Assembly (NCBI GenBank): GCA_963697335.1
Contig: CAVONQ010000018.1
Coordinates: 224,001 to 288,000, forward strand
DNA: 64,000 nt
Reading direction: 5' to 3'
Source of the DNA: an uncultured cyanobacterium
Lineage (GTDB): Bacteria; Cyanobacteriota; Cyanobacteriia; PCC-6307; Cyanobiaceae
Shown here: positions 1-10,444 of the stretch, piece after piece
Position numbering within the stretch: position 1 is the stretch's first letter
Layout of the letters: each line of letters starts with the position of its first letter
Program-made: the position numbers and the translations under genes
Notes under the pieces: generated by a model
Databases searched by the model: none
What the model was told of the DNA's origin: nothing
What the model saw: the letters and a program-made list of their open reading frames with translations, nothing else

Positions 1-837
1 TGCAAGCCGGGCCTCTACGGCGCCGACGTGTGCCACCTCAACCTGCACAAGACCTTCTGCATCCCCCATGGCGGCGGTGGCCCGGGGGTGGGGCCGATCG
101 CGGTGGCGGCCCATCTCGTGCCCTTCCTGCCCGGGGATCCCTCCCAGCAGCAGCCAGCAGCAGCCGGAGCTGGGCCGGTGGCGGCCGCGCCCCTGGGCAG
201 CGCTTCCATCCTGCCGATCAGTTGGATGTACATCCGCATGATGGGCGGCTCAGGCCTGCGGGCCGCCAGCCAGGTGGCCCTGCTCAGTGCCAATGTGCTG
301 GCCGAGCGCCTCGAGCCCCACTTCCCCGTGCTCTACCGCGGAGCGGGGGGCCGGGTGGCCCATGAGTGCATCCTCGACCTGCGGCCCCTCAAGCGCAGCT
401 GCGGCCTGGAGGTGGACGACCTGGCCAAGCGACTGATGGACTACGGCTTCCACGCCCCCACGGTGAGCTGGCCGGTGGCCGGCACCGTGATGGTGGAGCC
501 CACCGAGAGCGAGGGGCTGGCCGAGCTGGATCGGTTCTGCGCCGCGATGGTGGCGATCCGGGCCGAGGCGGCCGCCATCGAGTCGGGCGGGGCGGACCGC
601 GACAACAATCCCCTGCGGCGGGCTCCCCACACCCTGGCGGCGGTGACCGCCGACGCCTGGGACAGGCCCTACAGCCGCAGCCAGGCGGCGTTCCCGGCGG
701 GAGAGCAGCAGCGGGCGACCAAGTTCTGGCCCAGCGTGGCCCGGATCGACAACGCCTACGGCGATCGCAACCTGGCCTGCACCTGCCCATCGGTTGAGGA
801 ACTGGCCCTGGCGGAGCCTTTGGCTACGGCGATTTGA
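1..837 (+). CDS. gcvP: Glycine dehydrogenase (glycine cleavage P protein), C-terminal part; truncated by window start
   Basis: PLP-lysine motif [43 protein letters not shown]. Confidence 0.97.
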   Translation, partial: CKPGLYGADVCHLNLHKTFCIPHGGGGPGVGPIAVAAHLVPFLPGDPSQQQPAAAGAGPVAAAPLGSASILPISWMYIRMMGGSGLRAASQVALLSANVLAERLEPHFPVLYRGAGGRVAHECILDLRPLKRSCGLEVDDLAKRLMDYGFHAPTVSWPVAGTVMVEPTESEGLAELDRFCAAMVAIRAEAAAIESGGADRDNNPLRRAPHTLAAVTADAWDRPYSRSQAAFPAGEQQRATKFWPSVARIDNAYGDRNLACTCPSVEELALAEPLATAI

Positions 838-1003
838 GTGCCCATGGCGCACACTGGCGTCATCGGACCATCCAAGGCAAAAGGTTTTCTTTAGAATTGG
901 GCCATTGCATTTCCGGCCAGATCTGTTGCAACTGCCATTCAACGGCTTCGGTTCAGTTCCGGAGCAGGCCTAGGCCCACTCCGCCATCCATCGTCTGGGG
1001 CTC

Positions 1004-1333
1004 ATGAGCGATCACGACAGCAACGACGGCCGCAGCACTGACGGCCGCAGCACTGACGGCCAGGGCCGCAGCGCCGGCCCGCCGACCGCAGCGACCCCTG
1101 CCCTGAAGCTGGCCAGCGTCAAGACCAGCCCCGGCCAACCCGCCTCCCGCCCGCTGATCAGCTCCGGCGGCCGCAGCGTGGGCCCGGTGGAGGGCACCAA
1201 CGTGGTGCGCGTGCCCTTCGGCGTGCGGCAGGCCCGCCGCAGGCGCCCCGAGCGCCCGGACCACTGGGCCACCCTGGTGCTCCCCTTCCACGCCGTCGGC
1301 GGCGACCCCACCCCGCCCCCGCAGGCGGCCTGA
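1004..1333 (+). CDS. Hypothetical protein (109 aa)
   Basis: ATG-started ORF with high-GC3 codons, followed by a hairpin; C-terminal block VVRVPFG...RPERPDHWATLVLPF looks non-random. Confidence 0.7.
   Translation: MSDHDSNDGRSTDGRSTDGQGRSAGPPTAATPALKLASVKTSPGQPASRPLISSGGRSVGPVEGTNVVRVPFGVRQARRRRPERPDHWATLVLPFHAVGGDPTPPPQAA
1025..1061 (+). repeat. 15-bp tandem repeat GACGGCCGCAGCACT x2.5 (encodes DGRST)
   Basis: Units at 1025-1039 and 1040-1054, partial at 1055-1061. Confidence 0.85.
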
Positions 1334-1334
1334 G

Positions 1335-1359
1335 CCTCCCAGGCCAAAGGCCTGGGAGG
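1335..1359. terminator. 11-bp stem hairpin between convergent genes; likely terminator
   Basis: CCTCCCAGGCC-AAA-GGCCTGGGAGG; no U tract. Confidence 0.6.
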
Positions 1360-1387
1360 ACCGGAGTTGAGGGTCAGGGCTGAAGGA

Positions 1388-3241
1388 TCAGTAGTTGGAG
1401 CCCGTGCGCCGCTGGTGCACCGCCGTGGTGCCCTCCGGGTCGAGCACGCCACCCTCCTGGGCCTGGGCATAGATCAGCCAGTGATCGCCGCATTCCATCC
1501 GCTGCTGCACCGTGGCCTCCAGCCACGCCAGGGCCTCCGGCAGCACGGGTTGTCCGGCGGGGGTGTGCTCCAGGTCCAGCCCGGCGAAGCGATCGGCACC
1601 GGGGCTGAAGGGCTTCAGAAACCGCTTCATCGCCCCCGTTTCACGCCCGGCGGCCAGCACGTTGAGGGCGAACCGGTCGCCGATGTGCAGCAGCCCCTCC
1701 ACAGCCCTGTCCTTGGCCACCGCCACGGTGAACCCGGGTGGGTTGAAGCTGGCCTGACTCACCCAGCTGGCCACCATGGCGCCCCCCAGACCGGCACTGT
1801 CATCGGCACTCTTCTGGGCCGTGAGCACGCACAGGGAGCCCACCACCCGACCGAGAGCCTTGAGGGCCGGATCGCTGCGGCTCTCGTGCAGGCCGCCGCC
1901 GCCACTGCGCCGCTCCTGGCGCTTCCTGGCGTTCTGCAGTTCGCGGCCCAGGGCGGTGCCGGTCTCCTCGATGGTCTTCAGGGTCAGGGCATCCGGGCTG
2001 AACTTCACCTTGATCGGCGCGAACGCGAACTGGAAGCCGCCATCCCGCAACTTGCCCTCCAGCAGATCCAGCGCCTCTCCGCTCCAGCCAAAGCTGCCGA
2101 ACACGCCCACGGGCTTGGATCGGTCGCCCTCGGCCAGCACCGTGCCCAGGGCCGCCACGATCGGTGTAGGCGCATGGCCGCCCAGGGTGGGTGAGCCGAT
2201 CAGCAGGGCATCGCAGGAGCGGATCGCCGCCTGCAGCTGATCCGGCTCGCTGAACTCGCAGTTGATGCTCTCCACCCGCACGCCGGTGCGGGAAACGCCC
2301 CGGGCCAGGCCATCGGCGATGGTGGCGGTGTTGCCATAGGCACTGGCGTAGAGCAGCGCCACCGACAGCCTCGATCGGTTCTGGCCCTCTCCCCAGCGGC
2401 GATAGTCGGCCAGCAGGCTGCGCCAGCTCTCGGCGATGGCAGGGCCGTGGAATGGGGCGATCGTTCGAATCGGCAGTTCGTCGATCCGATCGAGAACGGT
2501 TTCCACCTGCCGGGCCATGGGGGCCATCAGGCAGTCGTAGAACCAGCGCCGATCCTCCTCCGTGCTGCTGCGGTTGGCCTCGTCGAACCTCTCCTGGCAG
2601 ATGTGGGCGGAGAAGAACTTGCTGCTCATCAGCAGGCCCGTGCTCTCCTCGAACGCCATCAGGGCGCCGGGCCAGCGGGGGGTGGGGGCGGGAATCAGGC
2701 GCAGCTGCAGCCCCCCGGCCAGGGGGCGGCTCGCCTCCTGCTTCACCACATCGATCGGCGGCTGGGGCGGCAGCGCTGCCAACTCCGGGGCGCCGGGAGC
2801 CGGCGGACGCCGCTGATCCCAGAGCTCGCGCACCAGCTTGGCCCCGGCATTCGAGGCCACCAGGGCCAGGTTCGGCCAGCGGGCCGCCAGGGCCCGCATC
2901 AGTTCCACCCGGTTGGGGTTCACCACCCCCACCACCACCTTCAGCGCCTCCTGGCTCGGCACCAGCTCCGCCAGGGCAGCAAAGAAGGGTTCGGCATAGG
3001 TCATGCCCGGCGGATGGATCAGCACCGGTGGCACGCTGCGGCCGCCGCTGGAGCTGCCCTGCAGGAACAGGAAGCTGTTGGCCGTGGTGCCCCGTTCCAG
3101 GCCGTACTCCACCTCGAAGCGCGAACGGCGGGGACTCAGCCCCCGCAGGCACACCAGAGTGGGCTCCAGACGGATCACCAGCACGCGGCGCTCGGCTGCT
3201 GGGGCAGCCGGGGCGGGTGATCCGCTGATCGAGGTTGTCAT
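1388..3241 (-). CDS. flv1: Flavodiiron protein, Flv1-type (non-canonical iron ligands)
   Basis: Metallo-beta-lactamase-like + flavodoxin (YASAYGNT, GSFGWSGEA) + flavin reductase (MVASWVSQASF, GDHW) domains; HxExDH replaced by VNPNR. Confidence 0.85.
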   Translation of the reverse strand: MTTSISGSPAPAAPAAERRVLVIRLEPTLVCLRGLSPRRSRFEVEYGLERGTTANSFLFLQGSSSGGRSVPPVLIHPPGMTYAEPFFAALAELVPSQEALKVVVGVVNPNRVELMRALAARWPNLALVASNAGAKLVRELWDQRRPPAPGAPELAALPPQPPIDVVKQEASRPLAGGLQLRLIPAPTPRWPGALMAFEESTGLLMSSKFFSAHICQERFDEANRSSTEEDRRWFYDCLMAPMARQVETVLDRIDELPIRTIAPFHGPAIAESWRSLLADYRRWGEGQNRSRLSVALLYASAYGNTATIADGLARGVSRTGVRVESINCEFSEPDQLQAAIRSCDALLIGSPTLGGHAPTPIVAALGTVLAEGDRSKPVGVFGSFGWSGEALDLLEGKLRDGGFQFAFAPIKVKFSPDALTLKTIEETGTALGRELQNARKRQERRSGGGGLHESRSDPALKALGRVVGSLCVLTAQKSADDSAGLGGAMVASWVSQASFNPPGFTVAVAKDRAVEGLLHIGDRFALNVLAAGRETGAMKRFLKPFSPGADRFAGLDLEHTPAGQPVLPEALAWLEATVQQRMECGDHWLIYAQAQEGGVLDPEGTTAVHQRRTGSNY

Positions 3242-5040
3242 CAGTAGTGGTTGCCCACCTTGCGGTGGTGCACGGCGGTGGTGGCCTCAGTGTCGGCCAC
3301 GTTGCCCTCCTCCACCTCGGCGTAGATGATCCAGTGATCAGGCCCCTCCATGCGCTGGGACACCCGGCAGCCCAGGAAGGCCAGGGCATCACCGAGCACC
3401 GGCCCGCCCGCGGCGGCGCCCTCCACGGTGGCCACACCGGCGAAGCGGTCGGCCCCGGGCGGGAAGCGCTTGAGGAAGTGGCGCAGCAGCTGCTGGTGGT
3501 TGTCCTCGCGCAGGATGTTGAGCACAAAGCGATCACCCACCTGGAGCAGGGATTCGATCGCTCGGTCCTTGGCCACGGCCACGGTGAGGCCGGGCGGCTC
3601 AAAGCTGGCCTGGCTCACCCAGCTGGCCACCATGGCGCTGCTGAGGCTGCCGCCCTCCTCGGTGGTCTGCTGGGCGGTCACCACGTAGAGCCCGCCGCTG
3701 AGGCGGCCCAGGGCCTTGTCCAGGTCGCCGTCTATGGCCTTCATGGCCGCGATCGTGCGGGCCTTGGTGAGCAGCTGGCCCAGGTCCGTGCCGGCCTCCT
3801 CACAGCGCTGGTAGTCGTCCGCCTGGGGCACCTGGCGGATCCGAAGGGGCTCGAAGGCGGGCTTCTGGCCGAGGCTGCGCAGCCGGGAGGCCACGGTGTC
3901 GATCGGCTCGTCGTTGCCGCCGAAGGCGTCGTAACAGGCCACCCATTGCTTCGGTTTGATCGCGGCCAGCAGGGTGCCGATCGAGGCCTGCAGCTCGGCG
4001 TCAGGGCTGGCGGGCCAGGTGGGCACCACCACGGCCGTGGCCTCCCCCACCAGGGCGCTGAGCTCCTGGGCATCGGTGGCGCGCAGATCCACCAGCTGCA
4101 CCTGGGCCCCCGCCTTGCCGATGCCGCGGGCGATGGCCTGGCTGAGGCGGTCACAGAAGCCGTACTGGCTCACGTAGCAGACGGCCGCATAGGACTCGCC
4201 GGCGCTGCGGTCGCTGCTCCAGTCGCGGTAGTCGTTCAGCCAGAGGCTGAGGTGGTGGCGCAGCAGCGGGCCGTGGCCCACGGCAACCGTGTTGATCTCC
4301 GGCAGGCTCTCCATGCGCTTGAGGGCCTGCAGCACGCTGCGGGCATTGGGGCCCATCAGGCAGTCGTAATAGAAGCGGAAGTCCGGGGCGATGGCGCCGG
4401 GGTCGCTGTCATAGAGGTCGTTGGAGCAGTAGTGCAGCCCGAAGGCATCGCAGGTGTAGAGGGTGCCGGTGCCGTGGTCGAAGGAGAAGATCGTGTCGGG
4501 CCAGTGCAGATTCGGCGCACTCAGGAAGGAGAAGCGGTGCTCGCAGCCGCTCTCGGGGTTGGTGCCCAGCTGGAGCTCATCGCCGCTCTTGACGGCGCGG
4601 CTCTTGAAGGGCCGGTGCACCTGATCCTGCAGGAACTGGATCGCCACCTTGGAAGCCACGATCAGGATCTCGGGGTTGCGATCGATCAGGTGGCCGATCA
4701 GGCCCGAGTGGTCGGGCTCGGTGTGCGACACGATCAGGTAGTCGATCGCGGCCGGATCGATCTGCTCCTCCAGCAGGGGCAGCCAGGTGTCTGCGAACTT
4801 CAGGTGGCTGGTGTCCACCAGGGCCGTCTTGGCACCGCGCACCAGAAAGGCGTTGTAGGTGGTGCCGTTGCGCAGCCCGAACTCGATGTCAAAGCGGCTG
4901 CGATCCCAGTCGAGGGAGCGGATCGCGGTGGTGTCGGCGGCGATGGTCTCGCACTGGAGGCTGAGGCGCGGCGATCCGGAGGTAGGGGCAGGAGCACCAG
5001 CGGGGCGGGCCTCGGTGGACGGGGAGGTGACAGCTGCCAT
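3241..5040 (-). CDS. flv3: Flavodiiron protein, Flv3-type (canonical di-iron ligands)
   Basis: RSLDWDRSRFDIEFGLRNGTTYN, SHTEPDHSG, PNLHWPD, C-terminal flavin reductase; start placed at ATG 5040; stop overlaps the flv1 start. Confidence 0.88.
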   Translation of the reverse strand: MAAVTSPSTEARPAGAPAPTSGSPRLSLQCETIAADTTAIRSLDWDRSRFDIEFGLRNGTTYNAFLVRGAKTALVDTSHLKFADTWLPLLEEQIDPAAIDYLIVSHTEPDHSGLIGHLIDRNPEILIVASKVAIQFLQDQVHRPFKSRAVKSGDELQLGTNPESGCEHRFSFLSAPNLHWPDTIFSFDHGTGTLYTCDAFGLHYCSNDLYDSDPGAIAPDFRFYYDCLMGPNARSVLQALKRMESLPEINTVAVGHGPLLRHHLSLWLNDYRDWSSDRSAGESYAAVCYVSQYGFCDRLSQAIARGIGKAGAQVQLVDLRATDAQELSALVGEATAVVVPTWPASPDAELQASIGTLLAAIKPKQWVACYDAFGGNDEPIDTVASRLRSLGQKPAFEPLRIRQVPQADDYQRCEEAGTDLGQLLTKARTIAAMKAIDGDLDKALGRLSGGLYVVTAQQTTEEGGSLSSAMVASWVSQASFEPPGLTVAVAKDRAIESLLQVGDRFVLNILREDNHQQLLRHFLKRFPPGADRFAGVATVEGAAAGGPVLGDALAFLGCRVSQRMEGPDHWIIYAEVEEGNVADTEATTAVHHRKVGNHY

Positions 5041-5136
5041 GGACACCCTCGGGAAGAAAGATGACTGTAGGTAACGCCAGCGGAAGGCTGACTCGGTCGG
5101 TCGCACCCTCCGTTGTCGCCGCAGACACCTGACGCT

Positions 5137-5652
5137 TCACAGCCAGTACCAGGCGCTGAAGCGGGCGGCCTGGCCCCGGGGGCTGCCGTTGGCGTCCCGC
5201 AGGGTCCACAGCCGGGCCCCCTCAATCCGGAAACGGCGCCCCTGGCTGTCGATCCTCACCCCGCCATAGCCGCTGATGGCCTCCGCCGCCTGGGCCTGGC
5301 GCAGCGCCTGCTGCCGGCTGCTGCGCTCCTGGGGTTCGGCGGTCAACTTGGAGGGCAGGCCCACCATCTCCGCCCAGCGCCGGCGCCACAGCCCCAGGGC
5401 GCTGCGGTTGGCATAGATCAGCCGGGGGCCGGGATCGAGGCCTGGGTCGGCGCCGTCATGGGCGAGCACCGGAGCTGGATAGGCGAACAGGGCCTGGGCC
5501 CGCTGCAGCGGCGGGGCATCCGCAGCCAGGCCCGCCAGCAGGGGTCTGCCCAAGGCCCTGCGGTGGGAGTCGAGGATCCAGAGGACGGTCTCCAGGGCGG
5601 TCGGCTGCAGCCAGCCGGCCAGAACGTTCGGCTGCGCCTGGGAGTGGGGCAT
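5137..5652 (-). CDS. Stand-alone MEKHLA (PAS-like) domain protein
   Basis: VLAHDG.DP..IYANRSAL.LW, LPSKLTAE, YGGVRIDSQGRRFRIEGA.LW, GQAA.F. Confidence 0.85.
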   Translation of the reverse strand: MPHSQAQPNVLAGWLQPTALETVLWILDSHRRALGRPLLAGLAADAPPLQRAQALFAYPAPVLAHDGADPGLDPGPRLIYANRSALGLWRRRWAEMVGLPSKLTAEPQERSSRQQALRQAQAAEAISGYGGVRIDSQGRRFRIEGARLWTLRDANGSPRGQAARFSAWYWL

Positions 5653-6590
5653 CAGTGGCCCCCCTTCGCCTCCACCGCTGCCTCAGGCGGCGCCTCGTTG
5701 CCGTTGTCCATCGCCCGGGCCATGGCCTCGGTGGAGCGCTCCCGGCTGTAGTGGAGCAGGTGCTCAAGAAACAACCGGTTGGCCTCGGGAAAGCGGGGCG
5801 ACTCGGCCAGGGGCAGCCGGCCGGCGGCATCGAGCCCGGTCTCCCCCTCCATGGCCGGAGTGATCACCACCAGATCGGGCGGCAGGGCGGCCTCGTAGCG
5901 CCACCAGCGGCTGGGATCCCGGACGGCCGGATGCACCGGCTGGGCTGGGATCAGGGCCTCGGCCTGGCTGCTGCCCTTGCCGCGGGCCTGCCTGGCCAGC
6001 ATCGTCTGGCGCCGCTTGGCCAGCTCGGCCAGCAGCTGGGCCCTGGAACGGCCCCGCAGTTGGAACAGCACGAAGGGATCCTCACTGAAGCGCTCCCCCA
6101 TCAGGTAGAACACCGCACTGACGTGCTTGCAGGGGTTGGTCTTGTCCGGACAGGTGCACTCGCTGCGCACCTCCTGCAGCTTGAAGGGAAACAGCCGCTT
6201 GCCGGAGGCGGCGAAGGCCCGCTCGATGTCTTCCGGCATCACGCCGGCCAGCAGCTGGGCTGACCAGCGGGCGTTCTGGCTGAGGGCCTCCAGCACATAG
6301 CCCCAGTCATCGTCGTTGAGCACGTCGAGCCAGAGCTTCACCTTGTAGGGATCGTCGCCGCTGCCCTGCACCCGGGCGTGCACCCGTCGCCCCTCGAATC
6401 GGATCGAGGTGACGTTGCCGGAGCGGGCATACTCCCAGGCCCGTTCCAGCCGTTTCTTGAAGCGGTAGGAGTTGATCAGCTCCATCCATTGGGCCACCCA
6501 CCAGGCCTGCTGGCCGAGTCCCTCGTTGCCGAGCTGGGTGGTGATGGCCTGGGTGGGGGTCCCGGAGCCGGGCATGGTGAAACCGGGCAT
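5652..6590 (-). CDS. SWIM zinc-finger protein
   Basis: CTCPD..NPCKH SWIM motif, RLERAWEYARSG, DPFVLFQLRG; start at 6590 or 6575. Confidence 0.9.
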   Translation of the reverse strand: MPGFTMPGSGTPTQAITTQLGNEGLGQQAWWVAQWMELINSYRFKKRLERAWEYARSGNVTSIRFEGRRVHARVQGSGDDPYKVKLWLDVLNDDDWGYVLEALSQNARWSAQLLAGVMPEDIERAFAASGKRLFPFKLQEVRSECTCPDKTNPCKHVSAVFYLMGERFSEDPFVLFQLRGRSRAQLLAELAKRRQTMLARQARGKGSSQAEALIPAQPVHPAVRDPSRWWRYEAALPPDLVVITPAMEGETGLDAAGRLPLAESPRFPEANRLFLEHLLHYSRERSTEAMARAMDNGNEAPPEAAVEAKGGH

Positions 6591-6597
6591 GGTGGAA
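6568..6597. repeat. 15-bp direct duplication spanning the SWIM start codon
   Basis: CCGGGCATGGTGAAA / CCGGGCATGGTGGAA. Confidence 0.7.
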
Positions 6598-6619
6598 GGG
6601 GGCCCAGGAAAGCAGGACC

Positions 6620-7273
6620 TCAGCCCCCAGTCTTGCCGACGCAGGGCCTGCCTGGCGCTGACACCAACGCACTGCAGGTCAGGGCCAGCACCAGGGCATT
6701 GAGCCCATGCCAGAGCGCATGGGTGCCGAGCGGTTGGATGGGGCAGATCAGCAGGTCGATGCTGCGCAGGCCCAGGGAGATCAGGAACAGGGCAGCCGCG
6801 GCCAGCAGGCCGACGCCCCGACCCTGCAGCAGGCTATGGATGCCGAGCAGCCCCAACACCAGTAGGGCAGGCGCGTAGGCCAACGAACCGTTCAGCAGCC
6901 CTGGCTGACCCCGGCTGATCAGGGTGGCGGCTAGGAACAGCGCCAGCAGGGCCTGTGACGGCAGGGGAGCCAGTCCAGTCCACCGCCGCAGATAGAGCCA
7001 GAGGAAGACAAGCTGGAACGCCAGGATCGGCAACACGTCCGCCAGCAGGGTCCAGGGGGTGGCGATGGTGTGGAACAGGGTGCTGCCCACGCCGATCCCC
7101 ACCACCAGCGCCACCAGGGTCGCCACCCCCCTATCCCGCCGGCCGGGCTGTTGCCGGGCCCGGCGATGGATCCACCAGGCGGCCAGGAAAAAGGCGCCAT
7201 TGCTGAGGGCGTTCACCGGTTCCGCCAGCAGGCCGGGGCCGAGCCGCTCGCAGTAGAGGTCGATGGGCGCCAT
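6620..7273 (-). CDS. Ceramidase-domain (CREST superfamily) membrane protein
   Basis: YCER...AEPVNALSN, GSTLFHT, D..PI, GTHALWH; multiple TM helices. Confidence 0.85.
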   Translation of the reverse strand: MAPIDLYCERLGPGLLAEPVNALSNGAFFLAAWWIHRRARQQPGRRDRGVATLVALVVGIGVGSTLFHTIATPWTLLADVLPILAFQLVFLWLYLRRWTGLAPLPSQALLALFLAATLISRGQPGLLNGSLAYAPALLVLGLLGIHSLLQGRGVGLLAAAALFLISLGLRSIDLLICPIQPLGTHALWHGLNALVLALTCSALVSAPGRPCVGKTGG

Positions 7274-7302
7274 GCCGGGCAGGCCGTCCAGGGGGATCGT
7301 CG

Positions 7303-10300
7303 TCAGTCTTCAAGCCTCACCAGGTCCTTGAGCTGGCCCACGTCCATGCCCCCCAGCCACTCCTCGCCTGAGCCCACGATGTCTTCGGCCAGCCGTGACT
7401 TCTCCCGGATCATCCGGTCGATCTTCTCCTCCACCGAACCGCTGGTGATGAACTTGTGCACCAGCACCCGGTTCTGCTGGCCGATGCGGTAGGCGCGATC
7501 CGTGGCCTGGTTCTCCACGGCCGGATTCCACCAGCGGTCGATGTGGAACACGTGGCTGGCGCGGGTGAGGTTGAGGCCCACACCGCCGGCCTTGAGCGAC
7601 AGCAGGAACAGCTGGGGGCCGCGGGGGTCGTCCTGGAAGCGGTCGACCATGGCCTGGCGCTCGGTCTTGCTGGTGCTGCCGTAGAGGAAGGGCACCTCCT
7701 GGCGCCATTTCCGCTCCAGGTGGGCCTTCAGCAGCAGGCCCCATTCGGCGAACTGGGTGAACAGCAGGGCCCGGTCGTCCGCTTCGATCACCTCCTCGAG
7801 GATCTCCTCCAGGCGCTGCAGCTTGGCGCTGCGGGCAGCGAACCCATCGAAGAAGTGGGGGTCGTCGCTGCTGGGCTGCTGGCGCAGGGCCAGGGCGGGG
7901 TGGTTGCACACCTGCTTGAGCCGGGTGAGCAGGGCCAGCACCTGGCCGTGCTTCTGGCCCAGGGGCGCCCTGGCGATGGCGTCCATGCTCTCGTCCACGG
8001 TGCGGGTGTAGAGCTTCTTCTGCTCGGGGCTGAGCCCCACCCATTCGTGCAGCTCCACCTTGTCCGGCAGGTCGGAGATGATCGAGCGGTCGGTCTTCAG
8101 GCGCCGCAGGATGAAGGGCCCGACCCGGGCCTTGAGGTCGCGCAGGGAGGCCATGTCGCCATAGCGCTCGATCGGCAGCCGGTAGCGCTGGTGGAAGAAG
8201 GCCTCATCGCCGAGCACCTTCGGATTGAGGAAGTCCATCAGGGCCCACAGCTCGCTCACCCGGTTTTCCACCGGGGTGCCGGTGAGGGCGATGCGGAAGC
8301 GGCTGCTGCGGCCGGGTCGGCCCAGGTCGCGGGCGGCCATCGACTGCTTGGCGCCGGGGTTCTTGATCGCCTGGGCCTCGTCGATCACCACCCCCTGCCA
8401 GTCGATGCTCTCCAGCAGTTCGCTGTCGCGCTGCACCAGCCCGTAGCTGGTGAGCATCAGATCCACGCCCTTGAGGGCCTTCTTCAGGGCCGCCTCACTG
8501 CTGGGCCGCCGGGGGCCGTAGTGCTCACGCACCACCAGATCGGGGGTGAACCCATGGGCCTCCCGCTTCCAGTTGGTGAGCACCGAGGTGGGCGCCACCA
8601 GCAGCACGGGCCGCTTCAGTTCCTCCTCGGCCTTGAGGTGCTGCAGGAAGGCCAGCAGCTGGATCGTCTTGCCCAGGCCCATGTCATCGGCGAGGCAGGC
8701 CCCCTGGTCGAAGCGGTGCAGGAAGGCCAGCCAGCCCAGGCCGCGCTCCTGGTAGGGCCGCAGCTGGCCGGAGAAGCCCGGCGGGGCCGGCAGCGGATCA
8801 GGGGCCTTCTGCTGGTGGTACTGCTCCAGCACCGCCTGCAGCCGCGGGCCGGCGATGAAGGCATGGGCCGGCAGGCGGTGGAAGGTGTCGCCGTCGGTGG
8901 CGGTGAGCCGCAGGGCGTCGTCGAGGCTGAGTTCGGGGTCGGCGGCGCAGAAGCGCATGGCGTTGCGCTGGTCGTTGGGGCGCAGCTCGATCCAGACCCC
9001 CTTGTGCTGCACCAGGGGGCTGCGCTTGGCGGCGAGCCGCTCCAGATCGCGCAGGGTGAGGGTGACCCCGCCGATCATGAAGTCCCAGCTCCAGTCGAGG
9101 GTTTCGCCGAGGGTGAAGCCTCGGGAGGTCTTGGAGAGTTCGGCGGTGATGGCCAGGCCCAGGCGGCTGGCCAGGCCGCCGGAGAGGCTGGCGGGCAACA
9201 CCACCCCCACCCCCACATCACGCAGCTGGGCGGCGCCGGTGCGCACCAGCACGAAGGCCTCGGCCGGGGTGAGCTGCATCGTGGTGGGGGTGGCCGAGTC
9301 CAGGCCCCGTTCGAGTGGTTGGAACACCGTGAGGGCGCGACCGAGGCCCTCCAGCAGCAGCTCGCTGGGCTGGGGCACCGCCACCTCGCCCAGCTGCAGG
9401 CCGCGGGTGCCCGCCGCCCAGGCCACAGCCGCCGGCACCCGCAGGCTGGGATCGGCCTCGGCCTGGAGGCTGAAACTCAGCTCCCAGAGCTCATCGCCCT
9501 CGGCTGGGGTGAACAGCTCGAGGCAGGCCCGGGCCGGGGCCACCTTGCCGGCCACGGCCTCGCGCCAGTGGTGGGTGGCGATCACGAGCCGCTCCTCGTC
9601 CTCCTCGTCGAGGTGGAGGCTGCCGTCGCCTTTGGCCAGGGCCTTCTGCCAGGCCTGCAGCAGCGGATCGAGGCCCTCCGGGGCGGGCCTGAAGGTCTCC
9701 CGCAGCTGGCCGTCGAGCAGGGCCTCCACCAGGCTGGCCACCCGCAGCCGGCCACTGCCGGGCCTGCGGCAGGCCAGGGAGGGATCGCCCTCGGGGCCGG
9801 CCGCCAGGGCGCAGGTGGCCACCTGGGGAATCCCCATGGCCAGCTGCTCGAGGCGATGGCGGTCGCCCTCCTGGTTGAGCAGGGGCAGCCAGCGGCCGCG
9901 GCCCTCCTCGATCTGGGGCAGCCAGCGGCCGCGGGCGATCAGGCTCAGGGCCCAGCGCTGCAGATGGCTCCACCAGCGCAGCTCGTCGGCCATCTCCGGG
10001 TGCTTGCCCGCCAGGGGCAGCTGGCTGAGCCAGTCGGCGGCGCTGGCCGGATGCAGGGCCCAGCCCTCCACCTGCCAGGGCCACCACTGCAGCTCGCGGG
10101 GGATCGGCTCGCCGGCCTGCAGCGGCAGCCCTGACCAGCTGTGGCCGTTGCTGCCGCGGCGGCCCCGGGCCGCCTGGGTGCGGCTGGGCAGGGTGAGGGT
10201 GGCGCGGGCAGGCCTGAGGGCCTCGGCCCAGTAGCCGTTGTCGTCGAGCCAGTCGGCCAGTTCGTCGGCGTTGAGGGCCAGGGGGTGTTCGGGGGCCTCG

Positions 10301-10407
10301 GCGGCGGGCTGCAGGGGGGTGGCCACTTTCCAGGTGTCGGCCCACAGGAACAGCCGGCCCCCGGGTCCTTCGGGGGGAAACAGCCAGGTGGCGTGCAGCA
10401 GGCTCAT
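7303..10407 (-). CDS. SNF2-family helicase/ATPase
   Basis: LRPYQ, LADDMGLGKT, DEAQ, LTGTPVEN, SLKAGGVGLNLT, DRWWNPAVENQATDRAYRIGQ. Confidence 0.96.
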   Translation of the reverse strand: MSLLHATWLFPPEGPGGRLFLWADTWKVATPLQPAAEAPEHPLALNADELADWLDDNGYWAEALRPARATLTLPSRTQAARGRRGSNGHSWSGLPLQAGEPIPRELQWWPWQVEGWALHPASAADWLSQLPLAGKHPEMADELRWWSHLQRWALSLIARGRWLPQIEEGRGRWLPLLNQEGDRHRLEQLAMGIPQVATCALAAGPEGDPSLACRRPGSGRLRVASLVEALLDGQLRETFRPAPEGLDPLLQAWQKALAKGDGSLHLDEEDEERLVIATHHWREAVAGKVAPARACLELFTPAEGDELWELSFSLQAEADPSLRVPAAVAWAAGTRGLQLGEVAVPQPSELLLEGLGRALTVFQPLERGLDSATPTTMQLTPAEAFVLVRTGAAQLRDVGVGVVLPASLSGGLASRLGLAITAELSKTSRGFTLGETLDWSWDFMIGGVTLTLRDLERLAAKRSPLVQHKGVWIELRPNDQRNAMRFCAADPELSLDDALRLTATDGDTFHRLPAHAFIAGPRLQAVLEQYHQQKAPDPLPAPPGFSGQLRPYQERGLGWLAFLHRFDQGACLADDMGLGKTIQLLAFLQHLKAEEELKRPVLLVAPTSVLTNWKREAHGFTPDLVVREHYGPRRPSSEAALKKALKGVDLMLTSYGLVQRDSELLESIDWQGVVIDEAQAIKNPGAKQSMAARDLGRPGRSSRFRIALTGTPVENRVSELWALMDFLNPKVLGDEAFFHQRYRLPIERYGDMASLRDLKARVGPFILRRLKTDRSIISDLPDKVELHEWVGLSPEQKKLYTRTVDESMDAIARAPLGQKHGQVLALLTRLKQVCNHPALALRQQPSSDDPHFFDGFAARSAKLQRLEEILEEVIEADDRALLFTQFAEWGLLLKAHLERKWRQEVPFLYGSTSKTERQAMVDRFQDDPRGPQLFLLSLKAGGVGLNLTRASHVFHIDRWWNPAVENQATDRAYRIGQQNRVLVHKFITSGSVEEKIDRMIREKSRLAEDIVGSGEEWLGGMDVGQLKDLVRLED

Positions 10408-10444
10408 CCCAGAGTGTTCAGGACCGGTCTCTCGACCCGGCAGG

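Noticed and set aside
7303..10407. SNF2 helicase as part of an anti-phage defence system
   Set aside because: Host-like composition in a housekeeping neighbourhood, with no methylase, nuclease or other defence genes adjacent
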